Positions 54,901 through 64,000 of a stretch of DNA of 64,000 bases are shown here, in pieces. The notes under the pieces are model-generated. The model did no database searches, was not told the origin of the DNA, and worked only from the letters and a program-made list of their open reading frames with translations. The position numbers and the translations under genes were made by a program. The stretch is from assembly GCA_002633005.1 (NCBI GenBank), contig NMRA01000024.1:1538780-1602779 (forward strand), in the 5' to 3' direction. Positions within the stretch are counted from its first letter, which is position 1, and every line of letters starts with the position of its first letter. The stretch comes from Phoronis australis (Eukaryota > Animalia > Phoronida).

Positions 54901-56553
54901 AACGAAATATGTTTTGCAACCTCTGCAAAAACATGAAAATCTAATCTGAAAAAATTGCTGTATTGAAACAAGTCAATTTCACCAAGATAAGAAATACGAT
55001 CCTGGGTTTTGGGAAACAATGCTTTAGTTCAAATCCAGTTTCCAATGGTAGTAAATTATTAAGAGTGAATACAACAAACACCAAACTTGGCTGCCACAGT
55101 GCACAAGTGTTTTAGTGCAACTACACCGGGCATGCTCAGTTCACCTGTATTGTTCATTGAAATACTTCAACCACAAAGTTTTTTGTCAAACCTGGTATAT
55201 TGTCAAGAGCTGGCTTAGGGCCAAACCCCTGTATTGCATACAACAATAGGGCCGTCCCCATTACACAGCCACACTCCAACCTTGCTGTATTTACCCACAA
55301 TGCTGTATTTACCCACAATGCTGTAAACATCAGTCAGGCACATTTGCTGCCTCACTTTTGTTCCACTGGAGTTTCACATGTTATTTGTAGTTTAATTCTT
55401 TACAAATTTTTCTTGGTTGCATTACTCTATTCGTCCTTCCAATACCAAAGAATTATTACTCTTGTGTTGTGAGCTGCAACTCTGACGTGAAAAAGTTTGA
55501 TAAATTGGACAAATGCCTGTGGATACGTGACCTGAAATTCTTCACCTTCCGTACATCAATGAGAGACACAAAAATGTGCCCGATTTCCAAAACTAAGACA
55601 AGTGCTTTCTTATTTCCGGGACAAAGGAGTGTTCTATCGCCCTGTAATATGGGACTTGGGACGGCCCTATTACAATTCAATTTGTAGCAGAAAATTTCTT
55701 AAGTAGCACCCCAAGGAGAATTTATAACAGTGATGTATATGCGACATGCCACAGAGGGGTGAGGAGTTTTTTTACTGCAAGATTCCCTATGAAAGTGTAT
55801 CTGCACTCAATTCCCTACAAAAGGGGTCAAGTTTAGGGCTAGAAATGTACTAAAAGGGTCCATTATTACAACAGAATTTAATACAGAGGTTCCATATTTT
55901 AACAGAAGGGTGTAAAAAGAAATATAGTCCAGAGATCGTTTATTCAATTTTAATTTAACCAAACCTGCACTTTAAAGGATTTAAAACTACAGAAGGATTA
56001 CATACATGTCCTACACCTACCCCCCCCCCCAGGAGGAAGCAAATCCAATCCTGCAATTTGCAAGGAAGATTCTTCCAGGCTCATGTGTAAACTAATACCA
56101 AGCTCAATTCATACTAAAGATACTACTGAGTAAAGCAAGCTCTCACTGAATAAATGGAATGTTATTTTGATGAAGTTGGGGAGTACAGTTTCAACAAAGG
56201 GGAGCAAAACAAATTGGATTCACAGCCCTTAGAGAGACTGGAAACAAAAAAAAGGAATTTCCATAAACAATGTCACAAATTTGTGGAGTTTTGTTTGAAT
56301 AACATGTCATGATTCTAATGTTTCTGTACCCTCCCAAGTGATTATAATTCATAGAAAATAAAAAGACAAACTAATATGAGATACCCTAGCATCCATTCGG
56401 AAGGAATACGGTCGCAAAAAAATAATCAGCTACACACCTGTCTCATAAACACCCTCTATGGAGAACCCCCATGGGATGTGCTTACCTGAGGTTGATCATA
56501 TCCTCCAACCCTTCCTCCCCCGTCTCATCTTCACTTGTTGCTGGGGCGGACAT
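854..56553 (-). CDS. MYO15A: Unconventional myosin XV (MYO15A-like) multi-exon gene, 3'-truncated by window edge; 41 coding exons, ~2306 aa visible
   Basis: Phase-compatible GT-AG (one GC-AG) exons join into one ORF with P-loop GESGAGKT, switch [10 protein letters not shown], switch [16 protein letters not shown], 3 IQ, MyTH4 ([16 protein letters not shown]), [10 protein letters not shown], [11 protein letters not shown] and SH3; class XV domain order. Confidence 0.95.
1060..1222. repeat. Perfect 19-bp minisatellite (ccgttcaaattatttcact) x ~8.6
   Basis: Directly visible tandem identity. Confidence 0.97.
2519..2539 (-). CDS. Candidate 21-nt micro-exon VIEINNL (not counted in the 41)
   Basis: TTCATTGTAG/GTATGT, phase 0-0, open. 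Confidence 0.4.
3162..3203 (-). CDS. MYO15A: MYO15 exon 40 (42 nt): [14 protein letters not shown]
   Basis: TTTCTGTAG/GTAAGT, phase 0-0. Confidence 0.72.
3679..3720 (-). CDS. MYO15A: MYO15 exon 39 (42 nt): [14 protein letters not shown]
   Basis: TTTTCTAG/GTAAGT, phase 0-0. Confidence 0.75.
4025..4119 (-). CDS. MYO15A: MYO15 exon 38: [19 protein letters not shown] (SH3 end)
   Basis: SH3 GW..G..G.FP..YV. Confidence 0.92.
4629..4794 (-). CDS. MYO15A: MYO15 exon 37: [31 protein letters not shown] (SH3 start)
   Basis: SH3 LSFxKGD motif. Confidence 0.92.
5201..5291 (-). CDS. MYO15A: MYO15 exon 36: [15 protein letters not shown]
   Basis: Phase 2-0, canonical sites. Confidence 0.9.
5496..5611 (-). 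CDS. MYO15A: MYO15 exon 35: [21 protein letters not shown]..
   Basis: FERM-C/PH-like, canonical sites. Confidence 0.9.
6620..6935. repeat. Degenerate AT-rich tandem repeat (aaaactcgcattt..ttagaaa.tttacaaa)
   Basis: Several imperfect units visible. Confidence 0.6.
7107..7228 (-). CDS. MYO15A: MYO15 exon 34: ..[19 protein letters not shown]
   Basis: WxxYFSRxFP motif. Confidence 0.93.
7438..7766. mobile_element. MITE with TIR ~cagtaaaaattctcc and TA flanks
   Basis: gtaaaaattctcc ... ggagaatttttactg-ta. Confidence 0.6.
7956..8091 (-). CDS. MYO15A: MYO15 exon 33: [32 protein letters not shown]
   Basis: Conserved MYO15 FERM-like segment. Confidence 0.92.
8301..8467 (-). CDS. MYO15A: MYO15 exon 32: ..[16 protein letters not shown] (alternative acceptor would end the exon at 8458)
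   Basis: YxxVPWxLxxRKE motif. Confidence 0.88.
8495..8680. repeat. Degenerate AT-rich minisatellite (aggagtttattaacat..tgttat)
   Basis: About 5 imperfect units. Confidence 0.6.
9901..10134 (-). CDS. MYO15A: MYO15 exon 31: polyproline-rich
   Basis: Phase 1-1, canonical sites. Confidence 0.87.
10974..11070 (-). CDS. MYO15A: MYO15 exon 30: [21 protein letters not shown]..
   Basis: Phase 0-1, canonical sites. Confidence 0.83.
11527..11665 (-). CDS. MYO15A: MYO15 exon 29: [26 protein letters not shown]..
   Basis: Phase 2-0, canonical sites. Confidence 0.85.
11699..11757 (+). mobile_element. tRNA-derived SINE head remnant
   Basis: B-box GGTTCGAGTCC within gtcgtgggttcgagtcctac; no complete cloverleaf. 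Confidence 0.45.
12985..13856 (-). CDS. MYO15A: MYO15 exon 28 (872 nt), Gln/Pro-rich, ends [15 protein letters not shown]..
   Basis: Open 305-aa frame, canonical sites. Confidence 0.9.
14135..14942 (+). mobile_element. Non-autonomous Helentron-like (HINE/DINE-1/pearl-type) element, diverged full-length copy
   Basis: Starts aacaagag with hairpin caacgc-gta-gcgttg then atgcgcccac; ~130-160 bp internal core repeats; homologous to the 27 kb and 36 kb copies. Confidence 0.75.
15935..16117 (-). CDS. MYO15A: MYO15 exon 27: [21 protein letters not shown]
   Basis: 183 nt open, TTCCAG/GTACGA, phase 0-0. Confidence 0.85.
16772..17696 (-). CDS. MYO15A: MYO15 exon 26 (925 nt), low-complexity Asn/Pro-rich insert
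   Basis: Open 320-aa frame; phase 2-0; contains [17 protein letters not shown]. Confidence 0.9.
18114..18390 (-). CDS. MYO15A: MYO15 exon 25: [33 protein letters not shown]..
   Basis: Ubiquitin-like/FERM F1 segment typical of MYO15. Confidence 0.92.
19066..19443. mobile_element. MITE with imperfect TIRs cagggcttggggtctaa / ttaaaccccgagccctg
   Basis: Inverted termini; related right end at ~45610-45654. Confidence 0.6.
19982..20151 (-). CDS. MYO15A: MYO15 exon 24: [26 protein letters not shown]
   Basis: MyTH4 C-terminal RxxPPxxLEW. Confidence 0.94.
20271..20446. mobile_element. Short MITE-like element (attgacctattgc / gcgataggtcaat)
   Basis: 13-bp inverted termini with one mismatch. Confidence 0.5.
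20714..20874 (-). CDS. MYO15A: MYO15 exon 23: [30 protein letters not shown]
   Basis: MyTH4 core. Confidence 0.95.
22522..22596 (-). CDS. MYO15A: MYO15 exon 22: [25 protein letters not shown]
   Basis: xLRFMxD..GNYIVQ MyTH4 motif. Confidence 0.92.
24877..24975 (-). CDS. MYO15A: MYO15 exon 21: [26 protein letters not shown]
   Basis: MyTH4 N-terminal part, canonical sites. Confidence 0.9.
26745..26875 (-). CDS. MYO15A: MYO15 exon 20: [30 protein letters not shown]
   Basis: Canonical sites, phase 1-0. Confidence 0.9.
26944..27410 (+). mobile_element. HINE-like element, 3' portion (5' lost at N)
   Basis: Near-identical to 35892-36340; (ggac)n microsatellite; terminal hairpin. Confidence 0.85.
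27919..28000 (-). CDS. MYO15A: MYO15 exon 19: [27 protein letters not shown]
   Basis: LE(I/V)PxELA motif of MYO15. Confidence 0.9.
30339..30422 (-). CDS. MYO15A: MYO15 exon 18: [28 protein letters not shown]
   Basis: TAG/GTAAC, phase 0-0, charged helix. Confidence 0.87.
31325..31600. repeat. Degenerate ~27-bp minisatellite (acaggcaactgt.actgggacaaata)
   Basis: Repeated units; same family at 32560-32990. Confidence 0.65.
32560..32990. repeat. Degenerate minisatellite related to 31325-31600
   Basis: Recurrent gggacaaatac / aggcaact / gtcact units. Confidence 0.55.
33050..33134 (-). CDS. MYO15A: MYO15 exon 17: [28 protein letters not shown] (IQ3)
   Basis: Canonical sites, phase 2-0, IQ-like. 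Confidence 0.9.
34771..34946 (-). CDS. MYO15A: MYO15 exon 16: [30 protein letters not shown] (IQ1-2)
   Basis: IQ-type motifs. Confidence 0.93.
35238..36340 (+). mobile_element. HINE-like element spanning the assembly gap
   Basis: 5' aacaagagcaacgcagagcgttgaaatgcgcccac; 3' (ggac)n plus hairpin ending gtgggcgcat (perfect inverse of 5' atgcgcccac). Confidence 0.85.
35448..35891. other. Assembly gap (444 N)
   Basis: N run. Confidence 1.
36919..37042 (-). CDS. MYO15A: MYO15 exon 15: FFCLLN..YQLGTTR (converter)
   Basis: YQLGTT motif, canonical acceptor. Confidence 0.9.
37302..37472 (-). CDS. MYO15A: MYO15 exon 14: [37 protein letters not shown] (GC donor)
   Basis: FVRCIKPN and SH-helix motifs; AG|GCAAGT donor required by phase. 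Confidence 0.92.
39653..39885 (-). CDS. MYO15A: MYO15 exon 13: [23 protein letters not shown] (loop 2)
   Basis: FLEKNKD motif. Confidence 0.95.
40581..40832. mobile_element. hAT-like MITE (cagtgcttggaat / attccaagccctg)
   Basis: TIRs; second diverged copy at 44896-45111. Confidence 0.65.
40880..41005 (-). CDS. MYO15A: MYO15 exon 12: [24 protein letters not shown]
   Basis: HYAG motif. Confidence 0.95.
41545..41772 (-). CDS. MYO15A: MYO15 exon 11: [27 protein letters not shown]
   Basis: Relay helix motif. Confidence 0.95.
42195..42318 (-). CDS. MYO15A: MYO15 exon 10: [28 protein letters not shown] (switch II)
   Basis: Switch II motif. Confidence 0.95.
42542..42658. repeat. 28-bp minisatellite x4 (gtaaacaagcatgtggctggtacaatgt)
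   Basis: Visible tandem units. Confidence 0.95.
43085..43143 (-). CDS. MYO15A: MYO15 exon 9 copy A: [20 protein letters not shown]
   Basis: 59 nt with canonical sites; one synonymous difference from copy B. Confidence 0.8.
43610..43668 (-). CDS. MYO15A: MYO15 exon 9 copy B: [20 protein letters not shown]
   Basis: 59 nt with canonical sites; duplicate of 43085-43143. Confidence 0.8.
44188..44301 (-). CDS. MYO15A: MYO15 exon 8: [21 protein letters not shown]
   Basis: Canonical sites, phase 0-0. Confidence 0.92.
44441..44602 (-). CDS. MYO15A: MYO15 exon 7: [24 protein letters not shown]
   Basis: Motor motif, canonical sites. Confidence 0.93.
44896..45111. mobile_element. Second copy of the hAT-like MITE at 40581-40832
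   Basis: Shared internal sequence ataggcttg..aaaattccaag. Confidence 0.6.
45230..45407 (-). CDS. MYO15A: MYO15 exon 6: [36 protein letters not shown]
   Basis: YLLEKSR and ERNYHVFY motifs. Confidence 0.95.
45744..45852 (-). CDS. MYO15A: MYO15 exon 5: [36 protein letters not shown] (switch I)
   Basis: Invariant switch I motif. Confidence 0.95.
45858..46101. repeat. ~60-bp tandem repeat x4 abutting the exon 5 acceptor
   Basis: atggagaatgaatgg..cttgaagttagataaac..ttttactaagttcatggagacc units. Confidence 0.9.
48250..48416 (-). CDS. MYO15A: MYO15 exon 4: [29 protein letters not shown] (P-loop)
   Basis: P-loop; donor GTGCGT phase 1 fits next exon. Confidence 0.95.
48538..48778. mobile_element. 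Degenerate Tc1/pogo-type MITE
   Basis: Homologous to the adjacent 48830-49075 copy. Confidence 0.55.
48830..49075. mobile_element. Tc1/mariner-pogo-type MITE, 20-bp TIR cagtaaaatctcaccaattt, TA target duplication
   Basis: ta-cagtaaaatctcaccaattt ... aaattggtgagatttttctg-ta. Confidence 0.8.
51229..51338 (-). CDS. MYO15A: MYO15 exon 3: [26 protein letters not shown]
   Basis: Motor motif, canonical splice sites. Confidence 0.95.
52534..52597 (-). CDS. MYO15A: MYO15 exon 2: [21 protein letters not shown]
   Basis: AG/GTGAG boundaries, phase 2 to 0, motor motif. Confidence 0.92.
52765..53014. mobile_element. MITE with the same TIR (cagtaaaatctcac / gtgagattttactg)
   Basis: 14-bp perfect TIR, 250 bp. 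Confidence 0.72.
55245..55671. mobile_element. MITE with 14-bp perfect inverted ends aatagggccgtccc
   Basis: Inverted termini including TA. Confidence 0.7.
56486..56553 (-). CDS. MYO15A: MYO15 exon 1 (exon 56486-56560; ATG at 56553): [22 protein letters not shown]
   Basis: CAG acceptor 56561-63, GTAAG donor; G(L/V)EDM.. start of the myosin motor. Confidence 0.85.
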
Positions 56554-59500
56554 CTTGGGCCTGGAAATGAGAAATGAGAAAAATGAATGTGCATCTGATT
56601 AGGAGTAGCCACAATCAAACTTGAGCAGTGCTCAGAGAGCCCATTCAAAGAACTTGCCTTCAACATAAGAAAAATTGGCCGAGATAAAAGCTCGCGCAAA
56701 TCAATTGAGTGAAATTTGACACCACGTGTTCCAAGACAAAAGCCATGCATTGTAACCGCATGCACTACTGGAATTCACACCGTCATTAATTGGTCTCCCA
56801 AAATCGTCTCTAGACATTACCAAAGTGAACTGAAACTTCAGTCATTTCTGTAGTGTTCAAGTACAGATTGATGTTTCTGTCAAAAAACTGGCAGAAACAC
56901 CACAGACAAAAACTGAAGACAAAAGGAGGGTTAAATGTAATGCTGTTGAAAACTTGTCCCAGATCAATTTCTTGTCAAGGGTGCCTTCAGGTACCTACAC
57001 CAGGGTATTTGCTAACCTGAGGGAAAGTTGCCTTTGCCTTTTGAGAAGCTAATTTTCTGGTCGAACTGATAACACCCTCGGCACCACCTATTTCACAAAT
57101 TGGTAGTTAACCCTCAAAGCCTCAACAAACCATAACTAACATTTATTTAAGCAACTTTGACCTTGATGTGACCTTTTTAATATCTGAAGTGGGATTTTAG
57201 GCCTAATGAGAGAAATTTTGCATGATTTTTAAATATTTTATGCACGGGAATCGGGTCCGAATATTGAGGATTGAGGGCCCAGTACATCGTATTGTTCAGA
57301 TTAAGCTGTTGAAGAGATTAATTCAAGTCTTGTGATCATTAGCAGATTAGAACCCTGGCCATTTCATGATCTACAACCCTCCCCCCCCATCCCCTGTTTT
57401 TAACCTGATGAAAATTGCAGTATCAACATACCAAATGATCACAAATATATTGATCCATTTAACCACATGTCAAACAATTAATAAGTATCTCAGATGAGTG
57501 TTTTTGTAAATTTAGAGCCTGTATACAGATATCCCTGCACTAGCCGCCTGTTTGAAAGCCTGTTGCCAATGCTGAGTTACATGTAGGTAAAATAGCTAGT
57601 TAATCTGAACTTTTAACAAAAATAATCCTCATTTTTGCCTTTTCACCAACTCAATCCACTGTTGACAGCTTGACAAATTAAACAATGCAAATAACGAAAT
57701 GAAGTGTTCTCCCAGTTCGTTTTTCAAAAAAATGCTGATCAAAATAATAAACATCATTCGGTATTCCAGATACTTCATCATACTCCCACATCTTCTTGAA
57801 CAGTGCTTTGCTACTCAACGCCTTTTATACAATTTTTTTTTGATGAAACATTTATTAATTCAACCAACCAGTACATAGTTGTGCAGCAATATGAAATCTA
57901 GTTAAGTGTACATCAAACAAATTACGAACATTATTGGACCCTATAATAGCTATTTAGGCGAAAGAAAAAGACCACCTTGCCTGGAATCTCTCAAGATCAA
58001 ATTTATCATTGTAAATATTTTTTCCAGGTTGTAGTATACAAAATTTTAATTCCAACAGCTAGTTCACAAATCTGCATCCATCAGTTGCCTTCAGAAGTGC
58101 AGCAGAAAACCCGAAGCACCACCCAGACCTTAGAAATAGTAGCTCAAGTTAGTTCATATGCCTTCAGAGCTCATGACAGGATACACAGAAAGACACATTT
58201 CATTCTTTAATGCGAGGGCAAAGAAAATGGAACACGACTACAAAAGGCACAATGGAACCCATAAAAGACGCTTAGAGGATAGGTTCAGATGAGTGTATGA
58301 TAACACAAAAGCGAACTTAAGAAATCATGGATGAGCTAGGCTAGACAAGAATTCATGGTCACGTCCATGACCCAGGTTCACATAACTACAGGGGAGATCT
58401 TTACATTCCTCAGAATAAAAAAGAGCAAGTATACACTCAAAGAAGCTTTAGCTGGAATAAGGACGTTTTAACACAAGTCTACTTAAACAGAGGAAGATCA
58501 CTAAACGACTTCTTTTGAGTTTTCAAGTTTCATCAGATGGTATTCTGGAAACTGATTTTGAGATTTGCAGCATCATTTTAAATGGGCACACTCTGAATTA
58601 TGAGGTGCTGATACAAATACAACATTAAATTTAACCACAAAGATATAATTTCTTTTTTAATAGATACTCATTTGGTACGTGTAAGTTGAAAGTTATCATC
58701 AATTCACAGTTTTCTGCAAAAAATTGATTGACTAAATATAGTGGACAAGAAAAATAAACAGCCACAAAAAGACACCTCAATTGGATTTCATTCTTTTTTT
58801 GTACCAGTGTTGTCAATTTCTTTTCCACATCACACACAAACAACATTCATGAACAGGACTTCAGTTCAAGATTTGAGCACCTCAATTCATAGTTCATTTC
58901 ACACAATGAACTATTTGTTACCCTCGTTTGTGCTCTGCAGATCTGAACAGGATGCGAATTGGTTTCTGCTGAGAAAAATGTATTAAAAGGAAAACTTTCC
59001 GAATTAGCCAGTGTGAAGATGAGCCAGTCAGCAAACAACACTTACACTTAATACTACAGAGACTGACCTTTCTTGCTGTGCTTTTAGATTTTTGTCCACA
59101 AAGATAATGGTAGTAAAAGGCATCATTGAAAAAGAGCTCTTTGCTCGAAGGTTTGCTGATATTTATGCAGACTTAAGCAATTTTCTAGGTGATATCCAGG
59201 CATCAAGTTTCTTAGATTATTCACTACGAACATGTGGCCAAAATTGTGTGTATGGTTTTAACTTAAAAGTTTTCTTACCTCACGGTTCAGAAGAGCATAA
59301 TTAAGGATGGTTATAACAACTGTGAGCAATACAAGTGTTTTTTCACAAACAAGTCAGAAACATGTTGGCAGATGGCATTTCCGGGACCAAATGTCATGTC
59401 CAAATATAAGACCTGGGTAGGCCTATTGTATTTGCTCACATGTATCACTAGTCACAAGAGAGCACTCAAACAAAAACTTCCAGAGTCATTCCAGGAAATT

Positions 59501-59817
59501 AATTTGCCATGCAGTAACAGTTGTCGTAAAAGGTCAGCAATGGAAACCGCTACTGTGGTGTCCATTTTTTGTGACATGCCAAGAATTGTACGATGACACT
59601 TGGCCAGAATAGGATTCTTTTCATGAATCTGGGACAGAATTAAGGGTTCGATCATGCTTTCCTCCAGACACACACCCTGGAAAATATTTTGGAATATACT
59701 CCCTATAAAGCTGCTTTTACACGAGAGGCAGTTGTAACGAAGTGCAGTTGTTACTCGACATCTCCACTTTAATCGCATTTACATGACATTAAATTGTAAA
59801 TTGGATCAGCACAAGTC

Positions 59818-61460
59818 ACTTACACGAAGACTGTCTGCGCATGCCCGTAAAAACATTAGTGAATGTCCAAACCACGTGGAATGCCAGCTGATCACCCAAA
59901 TGTCCACTGCTGCGCAAGCGCATTGAAATATGATCCCTTTCAGCCCTGCCCTAGTAGGGTTTATACATGTAGTTAAAACTGGCCACCGCGGTGTCACCTA
60001 CTGTCAGTCGTGTTTACACACAATTTGTGCCCAATCAGATGTACCCTGTTAGCTGCTCCGTGTCAGCGGTCTCTCATGTAAATGCGGTTGTACTGGTAAT
60101 TCCCAGGGCATATATTAAGCTGGGCTTGTCTGTGAAAAAAGTCACGTATATTAGACCGCTCTTCGAGCTTAAACGTACCGAAAGTCAGTAGGTAAATATT
60201 TCATTTCTCCATTTTTCATTCTCAGATGCGCTTATGTTTTCAGCAACAAATTTGTCGCGATTAAAACTGAAAAGAATCCATCCTTTGTCAGATATTACAT
60301 AACACGGAATGGTCATGGCAGCAAATTTTGGGATAACCTTTATCACCTATTGGAACAGGCTATTACCATCTCACTCACATTGTTTGAGCTATTGTCCTGA
60401 TAATCATAACAAATCCTTTTCATTAAGAAATTCTTACATAAATGCCACCAGTGAGGAACAAGATAGTGATATGAGCACTCCAGAACCTGCATTATCTTAG
60501 GGTGGTGCACTTTACTGATAAGCCTCCAAGTTAAGTCACAATCACTAGACCTTCATGGCACACTTTACATTAATTTTCTAGGAAACATTTCGGACAACAA
60601 GTGAGTCCTTCGAGAACATCTTTTACCCTTTCACCTTTCAGTCAACAACAGATGAGATATTGCTAACTAAACTCACTAGGAAATTTTTGTTGTTGTTCTA
60701 AGCTTTCCACCACTAAGAAAAAAAAACAAGTCTTTAGATTTTTAAATACCTAAATTGGTTTCAACCAGAATTCAGCACCAAAGTTCTATGAGTCATCTGC
60801 TAGCCTAAAGAAACAACAAAATTAAACAAGATGTCCACATGGAATGGCACCAATTGGTTCAAGCACACACATTGCGTTTCCATTCTCCATGTTTTCTAGG
60901 ACATAACCTTCGTTTTGCATGTGTCAGCTTTCTCAAAAATACCGGAAGGCTGTTCAAATTTTGCTAACGACAGTTGGCGAGCATAACTGATTGGATGCGT
61001 ATGTGCCGTGACTCGCACAGTTAGAGATTTCACTTATCTCGTAATAATGACAAACAACGAAATGCACTGCAATAATGTCCATCAATTAAAATCAGAGTTG
61101 TGCCATTTCACTACAATCAGCATCTCTTTTAACATATTATCTGGAGATGCACTTAATAATTTAAAAATTATTTGTATACTTATTGCGGCAGCACTGCCTC
61201 ACAACAACTTTGGTGACTTTACCGAGTGTCACCTACGCGAAAGAGTCTTTAAAGCTTATCTGAAAATTCCGCTTGCAGTTTACGTCGACTTACCTCTACA
61301 AATGGGTTTAACTTGATTGAAAACTGAATGCGACTTGAAATTTCATCCAAACAAGACATCCCGACAAAAACCGTAATTATTCTAAGACGCAAAAACAAGA
61401 CGACCGAGACCAGGCACGCGATCCGTGTGAGAAAAGTAAGAGCTTGCAAGACTTCACGTG
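59818..61460 (-). promoter_or_regulatory. Candidate promoter / non-coding 5' exon region of MYO15
   Basis: Locally CpG-richer; NRF1-like tgcgcatgc 59836 and tgcgcaagcgca 59911; E-box 61455; minus-strand GTAAGT donors at 59818-23 and 61288-93. Confidence 0.3.
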
Positions 61461-61892
61461 ATCTCCTCTAACCTTCCATAGCAAAATTCTTGCACATACG
61501 AAACTCAGCATGGTTTCACACGAGACACAGGGCAGGCTTGGTTTAAAGCACAAAGGATGTTGAATGCGTGGTAGTAGTACTCGTAAATCTATAGTTGTTT
61601 GCTTCAAGTCACTATTCATGAGCAGAAAATGGACACAACTCGACAGGAGAGCTGAGGTGATCTAAGATGATTGCATTGCAAAAAGCTGCAGTAGTTACAA
61701 ACACAACACGACCATGCAGGTATCCCCAAAGCAAACATGACCTCACTAGCAATACTAGATTTTGATTGTTTTACATATCACATTTGCCATTCCACAGAAC
61801 AATAGTCCGATATGTAATATGTGGTGAACTTTCTTGTAATTCAAAAAATTTTGAGCCAGAAGTGCCATGTTTCCATTGCAACCACAAGTGAT

Positions 61893-62700
61893 ATTATTAC
61901 TCTGCGTGTGCAAGCGCTGAGTACTGTTGTTCCTGGGTTTTCTTCATTTTTTTCTTATTCTAATTCTTCTTCTTATTCTTATTCTTCTTCCAACCAACTT
62001 TGACACATAATAACTCCAAAATGGTTGCAGGTATGTTCTTCAAATTCAACATATGATTTAAGGCAGTACATAAATTTTGATTCATTATATAATCATATTC
62101 CATATTGCACCTGAAGAGGTCATTTGGTACAAAGGTCATGTAATTTTCAAAATGCTACTTCTTTATTTTTAAAGCTATTCTTTTCCAATTCGTTGCACAG
62201 GTTATAAGGCAATTAGTCATTCAGTGGAAACTAGACACTCGAAATTTACAAATCTATTTAGTAATTGCAAATGAGTTTGAATTCAGAAATTTCAGGTCAT
62301 TTGGTGCAACCATGGAGTCATTAGGTGCATTTTCTTCTGAAAGTTTGACCAATTCATTCATCTTGAGTTCTAAAGTGCTTAAAGTAAGATTTCTGTGACT
62401 CTTACATTTAACCACAATTATCGTCCAGTTTACACCTATTCCCTCATCTGGGCTCATAATGCACCGCAAGGGGTCAATTATTGCAAAGGTCATCAAATTA
62501 TCAACATGTAATTTTTCTTAGTTTTAATGAATTGTTTTTCATATTGGTTAACGGGTTGCTATCAATAACTTCCCATAACAATTCCAGTAATACGCACGTG
62601 CAGAGTCCATTATTGTCACGCCGTGACAATAATCTTTCTAGTTATTATCATTATTATAATCCTTGTAATTCTATGACTACAAACCCAGGTAACAGCGACG
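61893..62700. mobile_element. Second HINE-like family: terminal hairpin, sub-terminal IR, (ttc/tatt) microsatellite
   Basis: actctgcg..cgctgagt hairpin; ctgttgttcctgggttt inverted as aaacccaggtaacag at 62681. Confidence 0.5.
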
Positions 62701-64000
62701 TCAATTTTCTTTCCATTTTGCCGGAGCATTTTTAAAAATATACTCATCCGCCACATTTTGTTCAATCATGGAAGAAACTTCATCATAACTGAATTTGTTC
62801 ATGAGAACATGTTATTTCTTTACTCTATTCTAGTGAGATGGAGATTGTCTTATGGAGTGCATTCAGACACATACCTCCCAGTGGGCTGTCAACAGCTAAT
62901 TCAAATTCCTGTAACGATTAATCCTCATATACCGCCCACCTTCAAGTGCATTTCCTCATGATGACCTGAAACAGAGATATTTGAAAAGGATAACAACCAG
63001 ATATAGTCTGATACCTCATTTACAAACTAGCTAAAATGTTAGCATATTTGCAAGCACTTCCATTTGTAGCAAAAACTCGCATTTTGTTGTGGTTTGAGTT
63101 ATGCAAGAACTACTCATTAGCACTTTTGTAGTCAAATCTCTTCCTTCAAAAGACACACATTCCCAAGGTAGGCGGCCATTAGTTATAGTTACAATCAACT
63201 GAGCATATTTGACATGAGTTTTTACAGTACTTAGGGAGGTTTTGAAACAAAAACTAACTGTTGGAGAATATTACCCCTCGTGGACAGCTCGTCAGTCCGG
63301 CAAAAAAAGTTTAGCCAGTGAAACTGTTAGCATTTTATCCTGCGAGAATGCTATAGTTTTAGCCAGTGAAATTTAGTCACAAAAAACGTTTTCGCCATTC
63401 ACAAGAACCTAGTGTAAGAAACATATGTACATAATAAGAAAGGAATGAATGTTTTTGAAGAGGTCCTTTGAATATTGTGCTCATAGAAAACCTGAATTCA
63501 CAGTACCAGTCTAAAGAGTGTTGTAAACAAGCACTGTACTAACCAGGAAATAAAAATTGTAAAATAGTAATTCAATACCAGCCAAGCTCCAACTCAAACC
63601 TTTATCACACCATTAATAACACTGGTTCCAGGTAAGTCCTCTTATCAGCACAAAATAAACAGAAAGCAACTACAGCGATAACGCGTCTCTGCCAAAGAAG
63701 CTAACATTAGAAATTCTGAATAAAAAACATTCAACTTCCCTCAACAGCAGACATGATAACATGTCTTGTCTGCAAAATAAGCCAACATCAGATTTTTTTG
63801 AAGAAAAATTTTGCAACTTCCCTCAAAATGTTTTTCACAACAACCCTAAAAACACATCGCGAGTCATGTTTAATATTATATAACGAGCATTGATCAGTTT
63901 TTCCAAATTTACTGCTTGAGAAGAATTGATAGAACCTAGTGTTGTGTTCAAAAGCGTTTCCATTACAATAAATGTAATACACTGCAACAGCGCAAATCAT

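Noticed and set aside
57000-64000. Second gene or autonomous transposon upstream
   Set aside because: Only short ORFs; no transposase, RT or Rep/helicase motifs recognised.

Overview
Animal genomic DNA (AT-rich, spliceosomal introns, draft assembly with a 444-N gap and two single Ns), most likely a marine bilaterian invertebrate; the species cannot be determined from the sequence. The window is dominated by one minus-strand gene for a class XV MyTH4-FERM myosin (MYO15A / Drosophila Myo10A-like). I reconstructed 41 phase-consistent coding exons by hand from 56553 down to 854 (about 6920 nt, about 2306 aa). They encode the motor, 3 IQ motifs, a charged helix, MyTH4, a long Asn/Gln/Pro-rich insert, a FERM-like region and SH3. 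The second MyTH4-FERM module must lie beyond coordinate 1. Introns hold non-autonomous Helentron-like (HINE) elements, several MITE families and minisatellites. Most notable: (1) one HINE family carries co-oriented CTCF-like motifs every 126-160 bp; (2) one motor exon is present twice across a single-N join, probably an assembly artefact; (3) a GC-AG intron is required by phase; (4) there are candidate micro-exons in the tail; (5) a conserved MYO15 tail motif is duplicated. I found no prokaryote-type system, CRISPR array or autonomous transposase.
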